From: Candidatus Competibacter sp.
GTDB taxonomy: Bacteria; Pseudomonadota; Gammaproteobacteria; Competibacterales; Competibacteraceae
Direction of reading: 5' to 3'
DNA length: 64,000 nt
Assembly (NCBI GenBank): GCA_037045685.1
Contig: JBAOII010000036.1
Location: 18,317 to 82,316, forward strand
The translations under genes were made by a program, and so were the position numbers. Shown here in pieces: positions 38,724 to 50,331 of this stretch; positions within the stretch are counted from its first letter, which is position 1, and every line of letters begins with the position of its first letter. The notes beneath the pieces were generated by a model that did no database searches, was not told the DNA's origin, and saw nothing but the letters and a program-made list of their open reading frames with translations.

Positions 38724-40805
38724 TTACTTGCCCACTGTGGCGATGACCTTGAGCTTCTTGTCCTCGGGGATTTCGCTGAAGGCGAGGACGTGGAGGTTGG
38801 GTATCCCGTGCCGCGTGAACCGCGCCAGCATGACGCGGATCACATCCGGGACCAGCAGCACCGCCGGTTGACCCACCAACTCCTGCTTCTGGGCAGTTTC
38901 CAGCAGCGCCTTGTGCAAGCGCTCGGCCAGTCCCGGCTCCAGGGGCGCTTGCTCGTCCCTGCCCATCTGCAAGGTACGGAGCAATATCTGTTCCAATTCG
39001 GCGGCCAGGGTGATCACCGACAGCTCGTCTTCCAAGCTATTGATATTTTGGACGATCATCCGCCCCAAGGCGACCCGGACGGCGGCCGTCAGCACGTCGG
39101 GGTCCTGACTCCGGGAGCCGTGCTCCGCCAAAGTTTCGGCGATGGTCCGCATATCCCGGATCGGCACCTGTTCCAGCAGCAGATTTTGCAGCACGCGCAC
39201 CACGACCCGCAGCGCCAGGGTCTTGGGCACCAGATCCTGCACCAGGCGCGGCATGGCCTGCGCCAGCCGGTCCAGCAGTTGCTGGGTTTCCTCGTGGCCC
39301 AGCAATTCGTGGGCGTGGCCGAGCAGGATCTGGTTCAGGTGGGTGGCGATGACGGTGCTGGCGTCCACCACGGTGTAGCCGAGGGTCTGGGCCTGCTCGC
39401 GCAGGTTGGGCTCGATCCACACCGCCGGCAGCTTGAAGGCCGGGTCCTGGGTGGGGATGCCGGGCAGGGGGCTGTGGACCTGGCCGGGATTGATGGCGAG
39501 CTGCCGGTCGGGAAACGCCTCGGATTCGGCGGCCGTCACCCCCAGCAAGGCGATCCGGTAGGCGGTCGGCGCCAGATCGAGATTGTCGCGGATGTGGACC
39601 GGCGGAATCAGGAAGCCCAGCTCCTGGGACAGCTTCTTGCGAACCCCCTTGATCCGGCCCAGCAACTGGCCGTTCTGGTTGCGATCCACCAGGGCGATCA
39701 GCCGGTAGCCCACTTCCATGCCGATGGTGTCCAGCGGCGGCACGTCGTCCCAGCCCACCTCGCGGGTTTCCTCGCCGGAGGGCGCTCCCGGCCCGGCGGT
39801 CCCGCCGCCCTCGTCCGTCGGGGCCGGGGCCGGGGGGCGGCGGGAGGTGCGCCAGGCCAGATAGCCGGCGCCGCCGGCCAGGCTCAGGAACACCAGGTTG
39901 GGCATGCCCGGAATCAGCCCCAACATGCCGATGATGCCGGCGGTGACGCCCAGGGTTTGCGGGCTGCCGAACAGCTGGCGGGTGATCTGTTGGCCGATGT
40001 CCTGGGAGCCCGAGGCGCGGGTGACCATGATGGCGGCGGCGGTGGACAGCAGCAGCGCCGGCAGTTGCGCCACCAAACCGTCGCCGATGGTCAGCAGCGT
40101 GTAGAACTGGGCCGCCTCGCCCAGCGGCAGGTCGTGTTGCAGGGTGCCGATGGCGATGCCGCCCAGCATGTTGATGAACAGGATCAGAATGCCGGCGATG
40201 GCGTCGCCGCGCACGAATTTGCTGGCGCCGTCCATGGAGCCGTAGAAGTCGGCTTCCTGGACCACCTCGGAGCGCCGGCGCTTGGCTTCGGACTGATCGA
40301 TGATCCCGGCGTTGAGGTCGGCGTCGATGGCCATCTGCTTGCCCGGCATGGCGTCCAGGGTAAAGCGAGCGCTGACTTCGGAGACGCGACCGGCGCCCTT
40401 GGTGACCACCACGAAATTGATGATGGTGAGGATGGCGAACACCACCAGGCCGACGGCGTAGTTGCCGCCGACCACGAAATGGCCGAACGATTCGATCACT
40501 TTGCCGGCGGCGTCCGCCCCGGCGTGGCCGTGCAGCAGCACCACCCGGGTGGAGGCCACGTTGAGGGCCAGCCGCAACAGAGTGGTCACCAGCAGCACGG
40601 TGGGGAACACCGCGAAGTCCAGCGGCCGTTCGCTGTAGACGGTGGCCAGCAGCACGACCAGCGACAGGGCGATGTTGAAGGTGAAAAACACGTCCAGCGC
40701 GAACGGCGGCAGCGGCACGACCACCATCATCAGGATGACGATCAGCAGGGCCGGCGCGCCCAGGCCGGACCGAGCCATGCCGGTGAGCGAGGCGGCCAGA
40801 TTCAT
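38724..40805 (-). CDS. flhA: Flagellar export apparatus protein FlhA
   Basis: 693 aa. ...FPTVLLVTTLLRLALNVASTRVVLL...FVRGDAIAGILI is the FHIPEP signature. It also has the large cytoplasmic domain. Confidence 0.95.
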   Translation of the reverse strand: MNLAASLTGMARSGLGAPALLIVILMMVVVPLPPFALDVFFTFNIALSLVVLLATVYSERPLDFAVFPTVLLVTTLLRLALNVASTRVVLLHGHAGADAAGKVIESFGHFVVGGNYAVGLVVFAILTIINFVVVTKGAGRVSEVSARFTLDAMPGKQMAIDADLNAGIIDQSEAKRRRSEVVQEADFYGSMDGASKFVRGDAIAGILILFINMLGGIAIGTLQHDLPLGEAAQFYTLLTIGDGLVAQLPALLLSTAAAIMVTRASGSQDIGQQITRQLFGSPQTLGVTAGIIGMLGLIPGMPNLVFLSLAGGAGYLAWRTSRRPPAPAPTDEGGGTAGPGAPSGEETREVGWDDVPPLDTIGMEVGYRLIALVDRNQNGQLLGRIKGVRKKLSQELGFLIPPVHIRDNLDLAPTAYRIALLGVTAAESEAFPDRQLAINPGQVHSPLPGIPTQDPAFKLPAVWIEPNLREQAQTLGYTVVDASTVIATHLNQILLGHAHELLGHEETQQLLDRLAQAMPRLVQDLVPKTLALRVVVRVLQNLLLEQVPIRDMRTIAETLAEHGSRSQDPDVLTAAVRVALGRMIVQNINSLEDELSVITLAAELEQILLRTLQMGRDEQAPLEPGLAERLHKALLETAQKQELVGQPAVLLVPDVIRVMLARFTRHGIPNLHVLAFSEIPEDKKLKVIATVGK

Positions 40806-40932
40806 CGGAGCGATTCCCCGGGTTGGCGCCGCCCGCCGGCGGGCGCGCGAGTCACGGCGAGAGCGGCCGAGCGGCCGATCCCGAGCGATGGGCGAGGCGG
40901 AATTTTTGGTGGAACCCGCATGCGGTCGGCCC

Positions 40933-42054
40933 TCATTCGGTGCGCAGCTCGGGCGGCACCGGCACGTCGTGCATGGCGATCGGATCGCCGGTCAGCTCGC
41001 CGTCCCGGCGCAGCCGGTACACGTAGGCGAGCACTTGGGCGACCGCCTGGTACAGGCCGACCGGAATGGGCTTATCGAGCGCGCCGTTGTGATACAGAGC
41101 GCGGGCCAGCAACCGCGATTCCACCCTCGGGATTTTGTGCTGGCCGGCCAGTTCGCGGATGCGCAGCGCCACCCGTTCGACGCCCATGGCCACGATCACC
41201 GGGGCCTTCATGGTGTCCGGCTGGTATTGCAAGGCCACGGCGTAATGGCTCGGGTTGGTCACGATCACGTCGGCGGCGGGCACTTTTTCCATCATCCGGC
41301 GCTGGGCGAACTCCTGTTGCAGGCGGCGGATGCGGCCCTTGACCTCCGGTTTGCCCTCGGTGTCCTTCATCTCGTCGCGCACTTCCTGCTTGGTCATGCG
41401 CAGGTTGCGGAAAAACGTGATGAGCTGAAACGGCACGTCCACCCCGGCGATCAGCAGCATCGGCAGGGTCAGGATCAGAAAGGTCCAGCCCAGGGTGTGG
41501 GCGGTGTGGGCCAGCGCCGGCAGCAGCGGTTCCCGACCCAAGTGCAGCAGTTCGGCTTGGCCCCGCCACAGCAGAACGACCGCCACGCCGCCCACCACCA
41601 GGAATTTGATCAGGGCCTTGATCAGCTCCATCAGCGACTGCCAGGAGAACAGGCGGGCGACACCCTTCATGACGTTGAGATGCTCCCACTTGAAACCCAG
41701 GCTGAAGGACCAGCCGCCGAGCGCCAGCGGACCCATGAGAGCGATGACCAGCATCAGCCCGAGGAACGGCCCCAGCAACAGCAGGAGATCGATGAAGGCT
41801 TGTCCCAGCGCGGCGGAAATTTGACCGGTGTCGGTTATTTTCTTCGGATCGAGGGCCAAGCCGGCGCGCATTTGCGCGGCCAGACCCTCGATCAGCGCCG
41901 GCCCCAGGATCAGCAGGGCGGTGGCGGCGACCAGCAGCATCGCCAGCGTGGTCAACTCGCGGGAACGGGCCACTTGGCCCTTTTCGGCGGCTTGTTCCAG
42001 GCGACGGGGCGTCGCCTGTTCCGTTCGTTCTTGGCCGTCTTCGTTTTCGGCCAT
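40933..42054 (-). CDS. flhB: Flagellar export apparatus protein FlhB
   Basis: Start at MAENEDGQERTEQATPRRLEQAAEKGQVARSREL (ATG 42054, overlapping the fliR stop). The NPSHY autocleavage motif (NPTH-like) is present. The upstream 244 codons of ORF 40933..42786 overlap fliR off frame. Confidence 0.9.
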   Translation of the reverse strand: MAENEDGQERTEQATPRRLEQAAEKGQVARSRELTTLAMLLVAATALLILGPALIEGLAAQMRAGLALDPKKITDTGQISAALGQAFIDLLLLLGPFLGLMLVIALMGPLALGGWSFSLGFKWEHLNVMKGVARLFSWQSLMELIKALIKFLVVGGVAVVLLWRGQAELLHLGREPLLPALAHTAHTLGWTFLILTLPMLLIAGVDVPFQLITFFRNLRMTKQEVRDEMKDTEGKPEVKGRIRRLQQEFAQRRMMEKVPAADVIVTNPSHYAVALQYQPDTMKAPVIVAMGVERVALRIRELAGQHKIPRVESRLLARALYHNGALDKPIPVGLYQAVAQVLAYVYRLRRDGELTGDPIAMHDVPVPPELRTE

Positions 42055-42833
42055 CAGCCGTTTTCTCCCGCCAGTTGGCCGATGCCGCGAAACGCGTCCT
42101 CGAACAAGCCGTTCAACTGGTACAGCAGGGTGGGCAGATTGTAGAGCAGGATCAGCAGGCCGAGCACCAGGGTGATCGGAAAGCCGACCGCGAAAATGTT
42201 GAGCTGCGGCGCGGCGCGGGTCATGACGCCGAAGGCGAGATTGACCACCAGCAGCGAGGCGACCGCCGGCAGCGCGATCAGCACCGCCCCGGCGAAGGTC
42301 CGGCTGGCCCAGCCGACCAGCGTCCACAGCAGATCGCGATCGACGCCGGTCGCCGCCACCGGCAGGGTCGCGAAGCTGTCCACCAGCAGCCGGATCAGCA
42401 GCAGATGGCCGTTCAAGCTCAGAAAAACCAGGGTGCCGAGCAGGGTGTAAAACTGGCTCAGCAGCGGGCTCTGGGCACCGTTTTGCGGGTCCACCAGGCT
42501 GGCGAAGCCCAGCCCCATCTGGGTGGCGACCATCTGGCCGCCGAGTTCCAGCGCGCCGAACACCAGCCGCAGCACGAAGCCCATGCTCAGGCCGATCAAC
42601 ACTTGCTGAGCCACGATCAGCAGGCCGGTGGGACTGACGGGCTCGACGGCCGGCACCGGCGGCACGAACGGCACGATCGCCCAGGTCAGGGCCAGCGCCA
42701 GCATCAGCCGAACCCGGCGCGGCAGGGTCCGCGAGCCGAACACGGGCGCGACGCTGACCAGGGCGGCGACCCGGGTCAGCGGCCACAGGAAGGCGCCGAC
42801 CCAGGCGGCGATTTCGGCGCTGCCCAATTGCAT
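42054..42833 (-). CDS. fliR: Flagellar export apparatus protein FliR
   Basis: Start at MQLGSAEIAAWVGAFLWPLTRVAALVSVAPVFG (ATG 42833). 259 aa polytopic membrane protein. Confidence 0.9.
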   Translation of the reverse strand: MQLGSAEIAAWVGAFLWPLTRVAALVSVAPVFGSRTLPRRVRLMLALALTWAIVPFVPPVPAVEPVSPTGLLIVAQQVLIGLSMGFVLRLVFGALELGGQMVATQMGLGFASLVDPQNGAQSPLLSQFYTLLGTLVFLSLNGHLLLIRLLVDSFATLPVAATGVDRDLLWTLVGWASRTFAGAVLIALPAVASLLVVNLAFGVMTRAAPQLNIFAVGFPITLVLGLLILLYNLPTLLYQLNGLFEDAFRGIGQLAGENG

Positions 42834-42838
42834 GGCGC

Positions 42839-43108
42839 TCAGCCGATCAGGTTGGGGATGTCCTGGAACAGCTTGCGGGTGAATTCGACCAGCAATTCCA
42901 GCATCCACGGCCCGGCCAGGAGCAGCACCAGCACCAGCACCAGCAACTTGGGGACGAAGCTCAGGGTCATCTCGTTGATCTGGGTCGCGGCCTGGAACAG
43001 GCTGATCAAGACGCCGATCACCAGGGCCGACAGCAGCAGCGGCGCCGACAGCAAGGTCGCCATCTCCAGCGCCCGCTGGCCGAGCGTCATGATCGTTTCC
43101 GGGGTCAT
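42839..43108 (-). CDS. fliQ: Flagellar export apparatus protein FliQ
   Basis: 89 aa. MTPETIMTLGQRALEMATLLSAPLLLSALVIGVLISLFQAATQINEMTLSFVPK is canonical FliQ. Confidence 0.95.
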   Translation of the reverse strand: MTPETIMTLGQRALEMATLLSAPLLLSALVIGVLISLFQAATQINEMTLSFVPKLLVLVLVLLLAGPWMLELLVEFTRKLFQDIPNLIG

Positions 43109-43123
43109 GGCGGTCTCCGGGCA

Positions 43124-43918
43124 TCAGGGCAGGTAGAAGCTGGAGGCCAGCGTGCTCATGAGCAGGCTCCATCCATCCACCAGCACGAACAGCATGAGCT
43201 TGAGAGGAAACGAAATCATCATCGGCGACAGCATCATCATGCCCATCGCCATCAGCACGCTGGCCACCACCAGATCGATGATCAGGAACGGGATGAACAG
43301 CATGAAGCCGATCTGGAAGGCGGTCTTCAGCTCGCTGGTGATGTAGGCCGGCACCAGCAGCCCGAACGGCACCTGGTCGGCGGATTCCAGCGATTTCCGG
43401 CCAGACAGTTGGGTGAACAGGGCCAGATCGCTTTCCCGGGTCTGGGCCAGCATGAACGCCTGCAAGGGTTGCTGGCCTTCCTGAAGCGCCTGCTGAAACG
43501 TGATGGTCTCGCTCAGATAGGGCGCCAGCGCCCGCTCGTTGATGCGCTCGAACACCGGCGCCATGATGAAAAAGGTCAGGAACAGCGCCAGGCCGATCAG
43601 GATCTGGTTGGACGGGGTCTGCATGGTGCCCAGCGCCTGCCGCAGCAGCGCCAGCACGATGATGACGCGGGTGAAGGCGGTCATCATCAACAGGGCCGAC
43701 GGCAGCAGGGTCAGCGCCGTCATCAATGCCAGGATTTGCAGGCTCAGCGACCAGGTTTCGCCGCCGCCCGCCGCCGGGATCACGGTGACCGCCGGCAAGC
43801 CGCCCGGCGCGGCCAGCGCCGTCCCCGATCCGGCCAGCAGGACCAGCAGGACCAGCGGCGCCAGCGGACGGCCACCGGCGAACCGGGGACGGCAGCGCTC
43901 AGGGTGGAGGGGCGTCAT
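43124..43918 (-). CDS. fliP: Flagellar export apparatus protein FliP
   Basis: 264 aa with a signal peptide. ...[27 protein letters not shown]...[23 protein letters not shown] is the FliP signature. Confidence 0.9.
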   Translation of the reverse strand: MTPLHPERCRPRFAGGRPLAPLVLLVLLAGSGTALAAPGGLPAVTVIPAAGGGETWSLSLQILALMTALTLLPSALLMMTAFTRVIIVLALLRQALGTMQTPSNQILIGLALFLTFFIMAPVFERINERALAPYLSETITFQQALQEGQQPLQAFMLAQTRESDLALFTQLSGRKSLESADQVPFGLLVPAYITSELKTAFQIGFMLFIPFLIIDLVVASVLMAMGMMMLSPMMISFPLKLMLFVLVDGWSLLMSTLASSFYLP

Positions 43919-44324
43919 GGGAGGATTCCGAGGGTGGCGGTGGGACGATCCGGAAAGAAGGAGCGGCCGGTCGAGAGGTCGCCGGGGCCAGGACGTGCAG
44001 GGTCTGGACCTGGTGGGCGGTCACCCCGATCAGCAGACGGGTCTGGTCCACTTCGACCAAGAGCAGGCGCTCCCGGCCGCCCAGAGGCAGACCGCCGACG
44101 ACCCGGATGACGCCGTCGCGGGGCAGGGCATAGCGGCGCAGCAGCCAGCTCAGGCCGACCGCCAGAGCCAGAACCACGACCAGACCCAGGGTGAGTTGCA
44201 TCAGCATCCCGCCGCCGGGCATCCCGGACACGGCGGGCTCGGCGCGCGCCGGCTCGCCGGCGGCGGCCAGCGCCCATCCCGGTAGCGCCAGCGGCGCCAG
44301 CCATCCCGCGTGCCGCGCGCTCAT
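43899..44324 (-). CDS. fliO: Flagellar protein FliO
   Basis: Start at [12 protein letters not shown] (ATG 44324, overlapping the fliN stop). It has a single TM ([19 protein letters not shown]) and the FliO motif ...[34 protein letters not shown]. The competing ORF 43915..44304 is Arg/Gly-rich nonsense. Confidence 0.75.
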   Translation of the reverse strand: MSARHAGWLAPLALPGWALAAAGEPARAEPAVSGMPGGGMLMQLTLGLVVVLALAVGLSWLLRRYALPRDGVIRVVGGLPLGGRERLLLVEVDQTRLLIGVTAHQVQTLHVLAPATSRPAAPSFRIVPPPPSESSHDAPPP

Positions 44325-44659
44325 CGCAGCCGACGAATCCGCTCTTCCTGGCTGACGATATCGGTGATCCGCACGCCGAAGCGCTCGTTGACCACCACCA
44401 CCTCGCCGCGCGCCACCAGGCAGCCGTTGACCAGAATGTCGAGCGGGTCGCCGCCGGGCCGATCCAGCTTGACCACCGAGCCTTGGGTCAATCGCAGCAG
44501 CTCGCGGATGCTCATCCGAGTGTGGCCCAATTCCAGGGAAAGGGTGATGGGGATGTCCATCACCATGTCCAGGTTTTGCCCGGTCTTGCCGCCGGACAGT
44601 TCCGGGTCGTCGCCGAGCGTGGCGTGCTCTGGGTCCAGGGTATCGGCTTGGGCGTTCAT
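44321..44659 (-). CDS. fliN: Flagellar motor switch protein FliN
   Basis: 112 aa. ...NLDMVMDIPITLSLELGHTRMSIRELLRLTQGSVVKLDRPGGDPLDILVNGCLVARGEVVVVNERFGVRITDI is the SpoA/FliN domain. Confidence 0.9.
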   Translation of the reverse strand: MNAQADTLDPEHATLGDDPELSGGKTGQNLDMVMDIPITLSLELGHTRMSIRELLRLTQGSVVKLDRPGGDPLDILVNGCLVARGEVVVVNERFGVRITDIVSQEERIRRLR

Positions 44660-44721
44660 GGTGGGGCGTTCTCCTCAATGCGGTACGGCGTTTGGGCGGC
44701 GGCAGGCCGAGAAGGTCGAGG

Positions 44722-45759
44722 TCAGGGCTTGGCCGCGAACGGCGCAAAATCTTGCGTCGCCGCCGGATGTTCCGCCCACTCGCCGGGCGAGCCGAGCGAT
44801 TGCTCGATCTTGAGCGCGCTCCAGCCCTGGGCGATCCCGTAGTGGCCGCTGTAGACCGGCACGTCTTCGACCCGGAGGACGGCGGTGGGGGGGATGTTGA
44901 CCGGTATCACGTCGCCGATCCTCAGCGCCAGCAGCTCGCTCAGGCTGAGCTCGAAGCCGGCCAGCGAGCAGCGCACGTCCACCTGGCTGTCCCGGATGCC
45001 GTCGCGCAGGCGCTCGGCGAGCTGTTTGCTGGGATTGGGACGCTCCTTGCAGGCGCTGTTCAGCAGGGTTTCCCGAATCGGCTCCAGGATCGAGTACGGC
45101 AGCGCCAGATGCAGGGTGCCGGCGATGTTGTCGCGGCTGACGTGCACGCTGCTGACGGTCAGCGGTTCGTTGGGATTCAGCGAGGTGATGAACTGCGGCT
45201 TGTTCTCGGAATCGATGTGGCTGCATTTCAGCTTGGCGAACGGTTCCCAGGCTTCCTCCAGGCAAGCGAAAGACAGTTGCAGCAGGCGCTGGATAAAGCG
45301 GGTTTCAGTGGTGGTGAAATCCCGGACGCTGGGCGATTTGTACAGGCGTCCGGTCCCGCCGAAAAAGGTGTCCACGATCATGAAGATCAACTCCAGATCG
45401 AAGATCAGCAGGGCCGGGCCGCTCAAGGGGCTCATGCCGATGACGTTGACGCTGCACGGGACGCTGAGGGAAGTGGTCAGGTCGGTATAGCCGCGCTTTT
45501 CGATGGAGCCGACGGTGACGATCAATTCGCGCCGCACCAGCTCGAACAGGCCGATCCGCAGGCGATGGGCGAAGCGCTCGTGAATGGTGTCCAGCACCGG
45601 CAGCAGGCTGTTGATGGCGTAGTCCTGGCTGGCCAGATCGTAGGGGTGGGCCCCTTCCTTGAAGGCGCTCGCGCCCGCGCTGGAGCCGCGCGGCTTTTTG
45701 GACACCACTTCCATGAGCGCGGCGCGCTCGTCCCGGGTGAGGAATTCGTCGGTGGACAT
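44722..45759 (-). CDS. fliM: Flagellar motor switch protein FliM
   Basis: 345 aa. It has the FliM middle domain (GPALLIFDLELIFMIVDTFFGG) and a C-terminal SpoA-like domain. The N-terminus ...DEFLTRDERAALM is unlike the classical LSQxEIDALL CheY-P binding peptide. Confidence 0.93.
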   Translation of the reverse strand: MSTDEFLTRDERAALMEVVSKKPRGSSAGASAFKEGAHPYDLASQDYAINSLLPVLDTIHERFAHRLRIGLFELVRRELIVTVGSIEKRGYTDLTTSLSVPCSVNVIGMSPLSGPALLIFDLELIFMIVDTFFGGTGRLYKSPSVRDFTTTETRFIQRLLQLSFACLEEAWEPFAKLKCSHIDSENKPQFITSLNPNEPLTVSSVHVSRDNIAGTLHLALPYSILEPIRETLLNSACKERPNPSKQLAERLRDGIRDSQVDVRCSLAGFELSLSELLALRIGDVIPVNIPPTAVLRVEDVPVYSGHYGIAQGWSALKIEQSLGSPGEWAEHPAATQDFAPFAAKP

Positions 45760-45762
45760 GGC

Positions 45763-46350
45763 TTATTGCATCACGAACGCGGTGTAGTAGATGGCTTCGA
45801 CGCCCGGATCGCCGATTTCCTCGTTCAGCACGGCCTGAATCAGTTCCAGCGCCTGGGCGCGCAGCTTTTCCTTGCCTTCGTTGGAGTTCAGCGTCTCCAT
45901 TTTCTGGTTGCCGAACAGCAGGATCAGGCTGTTGCGGATCCGGGGCATGTTGTTGGTGACGGCGTCGATCGCCGCCTTGTCTCTGGACATCACCGACAGG
46001 CCGATCTGCAAATAACGCAGCATGCCCTGGTCTTCGATGTTGATGATGAACGGTGGGTCGAGCGCCTGATAAACCGCGGTTTGTGCCGCCGCTTCCGAGC
46101 CGTGCCCTTTGGCGGGCGCTTTGGCGGGCGCTTTTTTGGGTCCGCCGTGCGCCGCCGCCGCTTTGGCCGCAGGCTTTTCTTCGCCGGCATCTTCGGCGAC
46201 ATCGGCGGTTGGGTGCAGCGCTCCGGTGAAGAACAGGGTGGCGCCCACGGCGCCGCCGATCAGCACGATGGCACCGATCACGATCAGCAGAACTTTCATG
46301 AGGCCGGCGCTTTTTTTCGCCGGCGCCTTGGCGTCGTCTTTCTGAGCCAT
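45763..46350 (-). CDS. fliL: Flagellar basal-body-associated protein FliL
   Basis: 195 aa with a single N-terminal TM. ...FIINIEDQGMLRYLQIGLSVMSRD...KEKLRAQALELIQAVL is the FliL family pattern. It is the first gene of the fliL-R block. Confidence 0.85.
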   Translation of the reverse strand: MAQKDDAKAPAKKSAGLMKVLLIVIGAIVLIGGAVGATLFFTGALHPTADVAEDAGEEKPAAKAAAAHGGPKKAPAKAPAKGHGSEAAAQTAVYQALDPPFIINIEDQGMLRYLQIGLSVMSRDKAAIDAVTNNMPRIRNSLILLFGNQKMETLNSNEGKEKLRAQALELIQAVLNEEIGDPGVEAIYYTAFVMQ

Positions 46351-46389
46351 GCGGGTTTCCGAAGCTTGAAGGGGAACTAGTGCGGGTTT

Positions 46390-46406
46390 AGCAAATAGCG
46401 CGCCAT
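46390..46406 (-). promoter_or_regulatory. Sigma-54 promoter of the fliLMNOPQR-flhB block
   Basis: The minus strand reads TGGCGC-gctat-TTGCT with GG-N10-GC spacing, ~40 nt upstream of the fliL ATG. An AT-rich, IHF-like tract lies just upstream at 46420-46452. Confidence 0.6.
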
Positions 46407-46675
46407 CGTATTTTCAGGATGTTTTTCAATTTATTTCAATTAATTAATTAGCTGGTGGGGCTCCCGTCGGGAAACTGGCGGGACCGGCGCCGACCAAGCC
46501 GCCAAAATCCTGTCGCTGAATGGGGTGTATTGCTGGGGTAGCGAAGCGGGCGCTCGCGCAACAAAGCCGCGCGGCGGCGGTCGTGGCGGTCGATGCCGAT
46601 AACCGGTGTCGGGTCTCTGTGGACTTCGGGTCGCGGAGAGAGGCTCGTTTCGACGGCGGTGGCAAGCGGGGGTTT

Positions 46676-48889
<2,214 letters not shown>

Positions 48890-49030
48890 GACAGGCCGAT
48901 TTCCCCGAAGCCTACACGAAAAAATCCCTCGCCCCGGTCATCGTCCAAAGCGAGCGGGAATCGGGCGGGAATCGAGAGTGTTCTATTGGTCCTACCCATC
49001 TTCCCGGATACCGGATCGGGTGGAGCGGTT

Positions 49031-49597
49031 TCACCATAATGGCTTGCGCGACTTTTTCGGGATCAGCGTCAAGAACACCGCCGTGATGAGCGAGGTCAGA
49101 GTCACCTCGGGCCATAATGAAATATAAAGGTCCAGCAGCGCTTGGCCGGGCGTGCCATCGCGAAAAACGCGGGCGAACAGGTCGGGAGACAGGCCGGCCC
49201 CGAAAACTAAAACGGGAATGCAAACCCCGAAATAATAAACGGCGATCAGCCCGATCCACGCGGGAAAAAAGAGCCAGGAGGAAAACTTCTCGAAGACCAG
49301 CTTCTTGTAGGCGAAAGCCATCCAGAGCGCGCCGGCCACATGCATCGCGATCGTGACCGGATACAGACCGGGCGAGGGGTCGTAAATGCCCGCCAGAACG
49401 CCGATCAGGACGGCGCCCACCGGCCCGGTCAGCGCGGCGCCGAGAGTGACGAAAATCTCGCGCGGGTCCGTGATCGCCCCCGTTCCCGCAATGAAGGCCG
49501 TTAGGCCGCCATAGACGCAGATGAATGCCGCCAAACCGAACGGCAGGGCGATGGCCAAAGTTTTCAGCACAGCCCGGATATCGGTCATGGGGCGCAT
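49031..49597 (-). CDS. Polytopic membrane protein of unknown function (paralog 1)
   Basis: 188 aa with about 5-6 TM helices. It has DPREIFVTLGAALTGPVGAVLIGVLAGIYDP and AMHVAGALWMAFAYKKL motifs. By homology with paralog 2, the start may be MTD at 49588. Confidence 0.7.
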   Translation of the reverse strand: MRPMTDIRAVLKTLAIALPFGLAAFICVYGGLTAFIAGTGAITDPREIFVTLGAALTGPVGAVLIGVLAGIYDPSPGLYPVTIAMHVAGALWMAFAYKKLVFEKFSSWLFFPAWIGLIAVYYFGVCIPVLVFGAGLSPDLFARVFRDGTPGQALLDLYISLWPEVTLTSLITAVFLTLIPKKSRKPLW

Positions 49598-49643
49598 CCT
49601 GCAACGATGTGGAAAAGGCGTGAAGGTCGACCGGAAACAGGGT

Positions 49644-50204
49644 TCACCACAGCGGCTTGCGCAGCTTTTTCGGGAGCAGCGCCAAAATGGCTGCCGTGAT
49701 GAGCGAGGTCAAGACAAGCTCTGGCCATATCACTGCGCGATAAAAAATTCCCAGCGCCTGGGCTGGTGTGCTATCGGGAAAAATCTGGGCCAACAGGTCG
49801 GGAAACAGGCTGATTCCGACCACGAACGCGGGGATGACGAAGATGAGGTAGTAGACGGCGACCAGCCCGATCCACGCGGGAAAGAACAGCCAGGAAGCAA
49901 ACTTCTCGAAGACCAGCTTTTTGTAGGCGAAAGCCATCCAGAGCGCGCCGGCCACATGCATCGCGATCGTGGCCGGGTACAGGCCGGGCAAGGGGTCGTA
50001 AATGCCCGCCAAGACGCCGATCAGGACGGCGCCGATCGGCCCGGTCAAGGCGGCGCCGAGAGTGACGAAAATCTCGCGCGGGTCGGTCGTGGACTGCGTG
50101 CCCGGAACATAGATCGTGAGCCCGCCGTACACGCAAAGAAAGGCCGCCAGGCCGAAGGGCAGGGCGATGGCCAAGATTTTGAGCGAACTTCGCGTGTCGG
50201 TCAT
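49644..50204 (-). CDS. Polytopic membrane protein of unknown function (paralog 2, tandem duplicate)
   Basis: Start taken at MTDTRSS (ATG 50204, with a GAGGGGA RBS 8 nt upstream). It is ~75% identical to paralog 1 at the protein level. Nucleotides 49907-49976 differ from 49291-49360 at only 2 of 70 positions. Confidence 0.7.
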   Translation of the reverse strand: MTDTRSSLKILAIALPFGLAAFLCVYGGLTIYVPGTQSTTDPREIFVTLGAALTGPIGAVLIGVLAGIYDPLPGLYPATIAMHVAGALWMAFAYKKLVFEKFASWLFFPAWIGLVAVYYLIFVIPAFVVGISLFPDLLAQIFPDSTPAQALGIFYRAVIWPELVLTSLITAAILALLPKKLRKPLW

Positions 50205-50299
50205 GAACCGATCCCCTCTGAATTCTGGCTGACAGGAACCAGACAACGCTTCTCCAGACGATTTGGGTCGTTCGATGAAGGATTGTTGGTATCAGTAAT

Positions 50300-50331
50300 A
50301 ATACTATTATACTGAAAGCTATAATAGTATT
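50300..50331. promoter_or_regulatory. Perfect 12-bp inverted repeat in an AT-rich intergenic region (operator or hairpin candidate)
   Basis: AATACTATTATA-ctgaaagc-TATAATAGTATT, within a ~70-nt AT-rich stretch between the che operon end and the membrane-protein genes. Confidence 0.45.

Noticed and set aside
37344-41342. 1332-aa plus-strand ORF antisense to flhF and flhA
   Set aside because: It has no motifs and extreme Gly/Arg/Asp/His/Gln composition. The opposite strand encodes canonical FlhF and FlhA.
43915-44304. 129-aa ORF in the fliO position
   Set aside because: It is an Arg/Gly/Pro-rich product with no TM helix. The other frame (43899..44324) gives a typical single-TM FliO with the conserved C-terminal motif.
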